Made by a program: the position numbers and the translations under genes
The notes under the pieces: model-generated
The model's input: only the letters and a program-made list of their open reading frames with translations
What the model was told of the DNA's origin: nothing
Databases searched by the model: none
In this document: positions 58,406 to 64,000 of the stretch, in pieces
Layout of the letters: each line of letters begins with the position of its first letter
Numbering within the stretch: the first letter of the stretch is position 1
Assembly: GCA_044229975.1 (NCBI GenBank)
Contig: JBGARZ010000008.1
Location: forward strand, 128,001 to 192,000
Length of the DNA stretch: 64,000 bases
Reading direction: 5' to 3'
From: Polyangiales bacterium
GTDB taxonomy: Bacteria; Myxococcota_A; Polyangia; Polyangiales; Ga0077539

Positions 58406-59233
58406 TCAGGTGGCGACGCGGATGGGTGCGTAGAGACCTCGCGCGCGCTCCACGAGGGGACCGGCGAGGGTGCATCGATCTCCACGTTCGATGCGGCGCT
58501 GGAGGCCGATGAGGCCGCGCTCGTCGACCTTGACGTGTTGCGTCGCCTCGATGGCTGGAGGGTTTTGATCTTCGAGCACACGGCCGAGCAGGGCGGCGTC
58601 GGTACTGTGTCGATAGGTCAGCGTGCGCGGGTACGAGTGCGCCGGGGTGAACGCGGTCAAGAGCTCCAACGGGCCAAAACGGCGGTGCATGGTGAGAGCT
58701 CGGCCGTTCCATTGTGCGGCGCCGACGAGGGTCTTGGCGCGCAGCACGCGGCACCCGAGGGCCTTGGTGAAGGTGCCGAGTCCCTTGAGTCCGGCCTCCT
58801 TTCCGAGCGACCCGACGTTGTGTTCGAAGAACTCTCCGGGTGCCACGGTGGGGATGGCGACGTGGAGCGAGAGCGGCACCCAGACGTTCTCCTGGGGGGC
58901 GACCTCGAAGCGCTCGCGGAGCATCGGGGAGACGTCCTTCGGTCGCACGGCGAGGCCGAAGAGGGCGCTCGGCCACTCGGCGCAGTCATAGAAGACCCAG
59001 CGCTCCATGGCCATCGCCTGCGGGCCGAAGGTCTGCGCGTCGAGGCGCTCGATCCAGGTGAGAAACCTCTGCGACGCGAGCATCGTCGGGTCGATGCGCA
59101 GCGTCTTCGGAACCTTGATGCCGAAGGGCGACAGGTCGAGGTGTTCCCAGTGGGCGCGCGGCGCGACCACGAAGGGTCGGCAGATGCGGAGGACGTCGCG
59201 GTAGATGGGCGAGAGTTCGGGCGTGGCGGCCAT
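58406..59233 (-). CDS. Hypothetical protein, possibly GNAT-like
   Basis: Long ORF with coding-like composition; LKGLGT..K and AL..HRRFG segments. Confidence 0.65.
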   Translation of the reverse strand: MAATPELSPIYRDVLRICRPFVVAPRAHWEHLDLSPFGIKVPKTLRIDPTMLASQRFLTWIERLDAQTFGPQAMAMERWVFYDCAEWPSALFGLAVRPKDVSPMLRERFEVAPQENVWVPLSLHVAIPTVAPGEFFEHNVGSLGKEAGLKGLGTFTKALGCRVLRAKTLVGAAQWNGRALTMHRRFGPLELLTAFTPAHSYPRTLTYRHSTDAALLGRVLEDQNPPAIEATQHVKVDERGLIGLQRRIERGDRCTLAGPLVERARGLYAPIRVAT

Positions 59234-59323
59234 CGGTAGGCCCCGGACGCTACCGCGAAGTGGCCGTGACGCGGTGGCCCTTCCCACCGGAGGTCGAGGT
59301 CTCTACGCTCCGCGTCAAAGACG

Positions 59324-60688
59324 ATGAGCAAAGCGCACGTGGTGATTCTGGGCGGGGGCTTCGGGGGTCTGGCGGTGGCGAGGGCGCTGGCGGATGCGCC
59401 GGTGAAGGTGACGCTCGTCGACCGGCAGAACCACCACCTGTTTCAGCCGCTGCTCTATCAAGTGGCGACGGCGGGGCTGAACCCGAGCGACATCTGCGCG
59501 CCCATCCGCGGCCTGCTCAGCGAGCAGAAGAACGCCACGGTGCTGCTCGCCGAGGCGACGTCCATCGACGTGGCGAAGCGGGCCGTGCGCATGACCGAGG
59601 GGGAGCTCGCGTACGACTATCTCGTGGTGGCGACGGGGGCGACGCACGCGTACTTCGGCCACGACGAGTGGGCGTCGCGCGCGCCGGGGTTGAAGACGCT
59701 CGAAGACGCGGTGGAGATCCGGCAGAGGTTCCTGCTGGCCTTCGAGGCGGCGGAGCGGGAGACCGACCCGGTGCGTCGGCGGGCGTGGCTGACGTTCGTG
59801 GTGGTGGGCGCGGGTCCGACGGGCGTCGAGCTCGCGGGGGCGATGGCGGAGGTGGCGCACCACGCGCTCCGCAACGACTTTCGCTCGATCGACCCAGCGG
59901 ACGCGCGGGTGATCCTGGTGGAGGGCCTCGACCGGGTGCTGCCGACGTACTCGAAGGAGCTGTCGGCGAACGCGCTGGAGGCGTTGAAGGAGCGCGGCGT
60001 CGAGGTGCGGCTCAACACGCGGGTGACGCACATCGACGAGGACGAGGTGCAGATGAGCGGCGAGGTGGTGCGCGCGCGAACCGTGGCGTGGGCCGCGGGC
60101 GTCGCGGCGTCACCGCTAGCGAAGAGCCTCGGGGTCCCGCTCGACCGCGCGGGTCGGGTGAAGGTGGAGCCGGCGCTCAACATTCCCGGGCATCCGGAGG
60201 TGTTCGTCATCGGCGACCTCGCGACGATCACGGTCGATGGGGTGATGGTTCCGGGCGTGGCGCAGGGGGCGATTCAAGGCGGCAAGCAGGCGGCGGCGAA
60301 CATCGTCCATCTCATCGACGGCGAGACGCCGCGGGCGTTCAACTACGAAGACCTCGGGTCGATGGCGACCATCGGCCGCAACGCCGCGGTGGCCGCGGTG
60401 GGACGGGCGGAGTTCACGGGCTTCCTCGCGTGGCTGATGTGGCTCTTCGTGCACGTGATGGCGCTGGTGGGGTTCCGCAACCGGGTGGCGGTGATCTTCT
60501 CGTGGGCGTGGTCGTACGTGACCTTCAACCGGGGTTCGCGGCTCATCACACGGAGGGTTCCGCCGACGCTGCTGTCGCACGACGATGACGACGACGTGAT
60601 CGCTCAGCCGGGCTCCCGCCAGAGCACCGCCTCCATCGGAACCTTGGAGAGGGAGAAGCCCTCCGCCGCCGCGCGCAGCGTCCCCTGA
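59324..60688 (+). CDS. ndh: Type II NADH:quinone oxidoreductase
   Basis: GGGFGG, FQPLLYQVAT, VVGAGPTGVELAG, FVIGD, GSMATIGR. Confidence 0.93.
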   Translation: MSKAHVVILGGGFGGLAVARALADAPVKVTLVDRQNHHLFQPLLYQVATAGLNPSDICAPIRGLLSEQKNATVLLAEATSIDVAKRAVRMTEGELAYDYLVVATGATHAYFGHDEWASRAPGLKTLEDAVEIRQRFLLAFEAAERETDPVRRRAWLTFVVVGAGPTGVELAGAMAEVAHHALRNDFRSIDPADARVILVEGLDRVLPTYSKELSANALEALKERGVEVRLNTRVTHIDEDEVQMSGEVVRARTVAWAAGVAASPLAKSLGVPLDRAGRVKVEPALNIPGHPEVFVIGDLATITVDGVMVPGVAQGAIQGGKQAAANIVHLIDGETPRAFNYEDLGSMATIGRNAAVAAVGRAEFTGFLAWLMWLFVHVMALVGFRNRVAVIFSWAWSYVTFNRGSRLITRRVPPTLLSHDDDDDVIAQPGSRQSTASIGTLEREKPSAAARSVP

Positions 60689-61551
60689 TCGCGCGCCCCG
60701 AGGCTCTCCAGCAACCATCCGCGCAGCCATGACGCCGTGACGCCGCGCTCGCGCAGGGTCGCGATGCCCATGGAGCCGTGGCGCTTGGCGAGGCGCGCGC
60801 CGTCGTCGCCGAGCACCAACGGGAGGTGCGCCCAGGTCGGCGGGGTCGCGCCGAGCGCCTCGTAGAGCAGTACCTGGCGCGGTGTGCTGGCGAGGAGGTC
60901 GTCGCCGCGCACGACCTCGGTGACGTCCATGGTGATGTCATCGACGACCACGGCGAGCTGATACGAAGCGACGCCGTCGGCGCGGGCGATGACGAAGTCG
61001 CCGACGTCGCGATGCACCTGCTGGACGAAGGGCGGCGCGAGGCGGTCGTTGATGACGATCGCGGGCGCGGCGGGGTCGGTGCGAAGGCGCCACGAGACAC
61101 CACGACCGAGCGAGCGGGCACGGGCGATGACGGCCTCGGGGTCGAGGTCGCGACAGGTGTTGGGGTAGACGGGTTCGGCGCCGTGGGGGGCCTGCGCGGC
61201 GAGCTCGACGTCGCGACGACTGCACGCGCAGGGGTAGACGAGGTCGAGGTCGCGGAGGTGCGCGAGGGTCGTGTTGTAGAAGGCGGCGCGATCGCGTTGC
61301 GCGTAGGGAGCGGAGGGTCCGCCGACGTCGGGGCCTTCGTCCCAGTCGAGGCCGAGCCAACGGAGGTCGGCGAGCATGGCGGCGGTAGCACCGGGTGCGG
61401 CGCGGACGGCGTCGAGGTCCTCGACGCGGAGGAGGTAGCGGCCGCCGACGGACCAGACCGAGAGCGCGGCGGCGAGCGCGGTGCGGGCGCTGCCGACATG
61501 GAGCGCGCCGGAGGGTGTGGGGGCGAAGCGGCCGCGGGCGATGGAGGGCAT
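60604..61551 (-). CDS. gluQ: Glutamyl-Q tRNA(Asp) synthetase
   Basis: RFAPTPSG.LHVGS, LRVEDLD, C.CSR..., YQLAVVVDD, VVRGDDLL, RLAKR; no anticodon-binding domain. Confidence 0.9.
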   Translation of the reverse strand: MPSIARGRFAPTPSGALHVGSARTALAAALSVWSVGGRYLLRVEDLDAVRAAPGATAAMLADLRWLGLDWDEGPDVGGPSAPYAQRDRAAFYNTTLAHLRDLDLVYPCACSRRDVELAAQAPHGAEPVYPNTCRDLDPEAVIARARSLGRGVSWRLRTDPAAPAIVINDRLAPPFVQQVHRDVGDFVIARADGVASYQLAVVVDDITMDVTEVVRGDDLLASTPRQVLLYEALGATPPTWAHLPLVLGDDGARLAKRHGSMGIATLRERGVTASWLRGWLLESLGARDQGTLRAAAEGFSLSKVPMEAVLWREPG

Positions 61552-61606
61552 CGACGTGGCCGGGTGGTGTACCCCGCTCCCGCGTGACGCGGTACTCATC
61601 GGGGTC

Positions 61607-62341
61607 GTGGAAGACCCAGACGACCCGTCCCCCTCGCTGCGCGCCGACGCGCTCCTCCACGTGGGCCAGCTCGCGGCGGGTGTCGCGCATGAGCTGCGCA
61701 ACCCGCTCTCGGTGATGGAGACCTCCGTCTACCTGCTCAACGACTACGTCGGCGAAGACCCGCGCGCGGCGAAGCAGCTACGGCGCATCACCGAGCAGCT
61801 CCGCATCGCCAACGCCATCGTCACCGACCTGCTCGACACCGTGCGCGGCCGTCACGCACCACCTTCGCTCGCGACCGTCTTCGACCTCGCCCGCGTGGCG
61901 CGCGAAGCCGTCGCATGGGTGCCCCGACCGCCGCGCCTCACCATCGCGCTCACGTTGCCCGACGACCCGGTGACCGTCGCGGGTGACGCGCGACGCATCC
62001 GCCAGGTGGTCATCAACCTCGTCGCCAACGCGGTGCAGATCCTCGACGGCCACGACGACTCGCCCGGCATCGCGGTGACGCTGACCGCCGACGAGAGCAC
62101 CACCCACCTCGCCGTGCGCGACCACGGGCCAGGCATCGCGCCGGAGCTTCTCCCGCGCCTCTTCGAGCCCTTCGTGACGACCCGCGCACAAGGCAACGGC
62201 CTCGGCCTCGCCCTCTCGCGACAGATCGCCCTCGACCATCATGGCGAGCTCCGCGCGGAGTCCGTGGCGCAGTCTGAGGGCGGTGGGGCCCGCTTCACGC
62301 TCACCCTCCCACGCACCGATTCGTCGACCGTCTCCGGCTGA
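61607..62341 (+). CDS. Cytoplasmic histidine kinase without obvious sensor domain (start uncertain)
   Basis: AHELRNPL, NLVANA, DHGPG, FEPF.TT...G.GLGL. Confidence 0.88.
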   Translation: MEDPDDPSPSLRADALLHVGQLAAGVAHELRNPLSVMETSVYLLNDYVGEDPRAAKQLRRITEQLRIANAIVTDLLDTVRGRHAPPSLATVFDLARVAREAVAWVPRPPRLTIALTLPDDPVTVAGDARRIRQVVINLVANAVQILDGHDDSPGIAVTLTADESTTHLAVRDHGPGIAPELLPRLFEPFVTTRAQGNGLGLALSRQIALDHHGELRAESVAQSEGGGARFTLTLPRTDSSTVSG

Positions 62342-62422
62342 CGATTTCCCGCAACCCTTCCCAGCAGCGCTCCCGACAAGCACCCGCGCTCGGCTCTTCC
62401 CCGCCGACCGCCAGGAGCGCCC

Positions 62423-63529
62423 ATGCCGTCACACCGTCCATCGAGCCACCCCTCCGGCCTTTCATCCCTCGCCGTTGTCGCCGCGGTGATCTTTGCGCTC
62501 GTCGGCCTCGCAGCGCTCGCCTGCGTCGCGGGGGTCGTGTTCGCCCTCGACCGATCGCACCCCCAGAACCACGCACCGCAACTGCGCACCCGAACCCTTC
62601 CCCGGCCGTTCCTGATCTACGCCACCGGGCAGGTCAGCGACCCGGGGCTCAACGCTCGGTTCGACCCGGTCATCGAGCGATGCCTCGACGGCTTCTCCGC
62701 GCATGTGAACAGCTCCCACCGGCTCTACATGGCCCGCATCGGCCGCGCCCTTCCTCCCGTCGGCAACGGCCCACCGCTACTGCCTCTTCTCAGGGTCTCC
62801 GAAGACCCCGCGGAGTGCGAGACCGCCCTGCGCTCGGCCGCGGCCATGGCGCCCGACGACCCCGCGTTCGGCGACGCCGCCCGACGCTACGCCGTCGAAC
62901 TCCGCGCAGTTGTCGTCGCTCTCAATGACGCAGACCCCTACTACCGCCAGGAAGACTGGCGCGACGACTCGATGGCCCGCGGGCGACTCATGCACGGCGT
63001 GCTGATCCAACGCTTCGAAGCCACCGCGCGAGCCCACAGCGCCCTCGCGAGCTACATCGAGCGCGCCCAGCGGGACCATCCAACGACGCCGTGTCGGGGC
63101 GCCGCGGAGGGCGGCTCCGTCCGCTGCGACTTCGCGCGCCATCACGCGGTCGCGCGCCGGGTGACGGTCGCCGCTGTGCACGCCACCATCGCGCCCGATG
63201 GCACCGTCGCCGGGCTCGACCTGCCACGTCTTGCCGAGGATATCGAGGCGCTTGAAGCGTCGATGCGTGTCCTGTTGGCCATCGAGTCTGGCGCCGTCGA
63301 GACGACCGCCGAACGCAGCGAGGTCCGGTCGTATCTGCAACAGGCCGGAGAGCACCTGCGGCACATCAAGACGCTCCACCGTATCGCGCGCGACCGCACG
63401 CAGGTGGACGCCGAGCAGTGGAACGACGTCGGCCCGAACCCCCCCGGCTCGCCGGCTCGCATCGCCTGGGAGTTCAACCGCGTGGTCTCCATCCACAACG
63501 ACGAGGTGCACTTCACCGGGTCGCCCTGA
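62423..63529 (+). CDS. YiiG/DUF3829-like membrane-anchored protein
   Basis: N-terminal TM; YY.QEDWRDD.M..G..MH..L...F; FN..V..HN C-terminus. Confidence 0.65.
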   Translation: MPSHRPSSHPSGLSSLAVVAAVIFALVGLAALACVAGVVFALDRSHPQNHAPQLRTRTLPRPFLIYATGQVSDPGLNARFDPVIERCLDGFSAHVNSSHRLYMARIGRALPPVGNGPPLLPLLRVSEDPAECETALRSAAAMAPDDPAFGDAARRYAVELRAVVVALNDADPYYRQEDWRDDSMARGRLMHGVLIQRFEATARAHSALASYIERAQRDHPTTPCRGAAEGGSVRCDFARHHAVARRVTVAAVHATIAPDGTVAGLDLPRLAEDIEALEASMRVLLAIESGAVETTAERSEVRSYLQQAGEHLRHIKTLHRIARDRTQVDAEQWNDVGPNPPGSPARIAWEFNRVVSIHNDEVHFTGSP

Positions 63530-63544
63530 CGCCTCGTCGTCCCC

Positions 63545-64000
63545 ATGTCCGTCGTGGTGTACTCCGACACCCCGATGGACGAAGCCCCGATCGCGCCGCC
63601 CCACGCCTCCCGCGCGCCACAACCCGCGCGCCACCCGCAGCTCCTGATCGTCGACGACAACCGCGACCTCGCCGAGAACCTCCAGGACATCTTCGAGCCG
63701 CGCGGCTTCGTCGTTCGCTTCACCCCGAGCGCCCGCGAGGCCCTCGCGCTCGCCCGCATCGAGGGCTTCGACCTCGCCCTGGTCGACGTCAACCTGCCCG
63801 ACGCCAGCGGCGCCGACCTCCTCCCCGCCCTCCGCGACGCCTCACCGCTCGGTGAGGTCGTTCTCATCACGGGGCACGCCACCCTCGACTCGGCCGTCGC
63901 TGCCGTGCGTGGCGGGGCGTTTCAGTATGTGGTGAAGCCCTTCAAGGTCGACGAGCTGGTCGCCACCGTCGAGGGCGCGCTCCGCCAGGCCACGCTTCGC
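63545..64000 (+). CDS. Response regulator receiver protein, 3'-truncated by the window edge
   Basis: LLIVDDN...ALVDVNLPD.SG...ITGH...GAFQYVVKPF. Confidence 0.9.
   Translation, partial: MSVVVYSDTPMDEAPIAPPHASRAPQPARHPQLLIVDDNRDLAENLQDIFEPRGFVVRFTPSAREALALARIEGFDLALVDVNLPDASGADLLPALRDASPLGEVVLITGHATLDSAVAAVRGGAFQYVVKPFKVDELVATVEGALRQATLR

Overview
Very GC-rich bacterial DNA with a myxobacterial (Myxococcota, Polyangiales-like) gene repertoire: a MYXO-CTERM-type subtilase, Ser/Thr kinases, an FHA-sigma54 activator, a TraB-like OmpA protein and many secreted Cys-rich or beta-propeller lipoproteins. It carries a housekeeping block (holB-ricT-metG-HEAT-tatD), plus murJ, ccmE, an E2 acyltransferase, ndh and gluQ. 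No rRNA, tRNA, CRISPR-cas, integrase or transposase was recognised. Most unusual signals: (1) a second, full-length MetRS-like gene (18540-20477) whose methionine-pocket and anticodon-reading residues all appear substituted, about 8 kb from a canonical metG; (2) three copies of a ~345-bp non-coding element with short terminal inverted repeats, apparent 8-bp target duplications and a 95-100-bp near-perfect internal hairpin, whose 46-bp loop occurs in both orientations; (3) a canonical (eukaryote-type) PARG N-terminal fragment joined tail-to-tail to an HDAC-family fragment next to an RlaP/YcgL-like nucleotidyltransferase; (4) a decayed copy of the asnB 3' end about 6.8 kb downstream of asnB; (5) five palindromes phased at 42 bp upstream of an EAL gene. 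All protein assignments come from reading motifs by eye, not from database searches.
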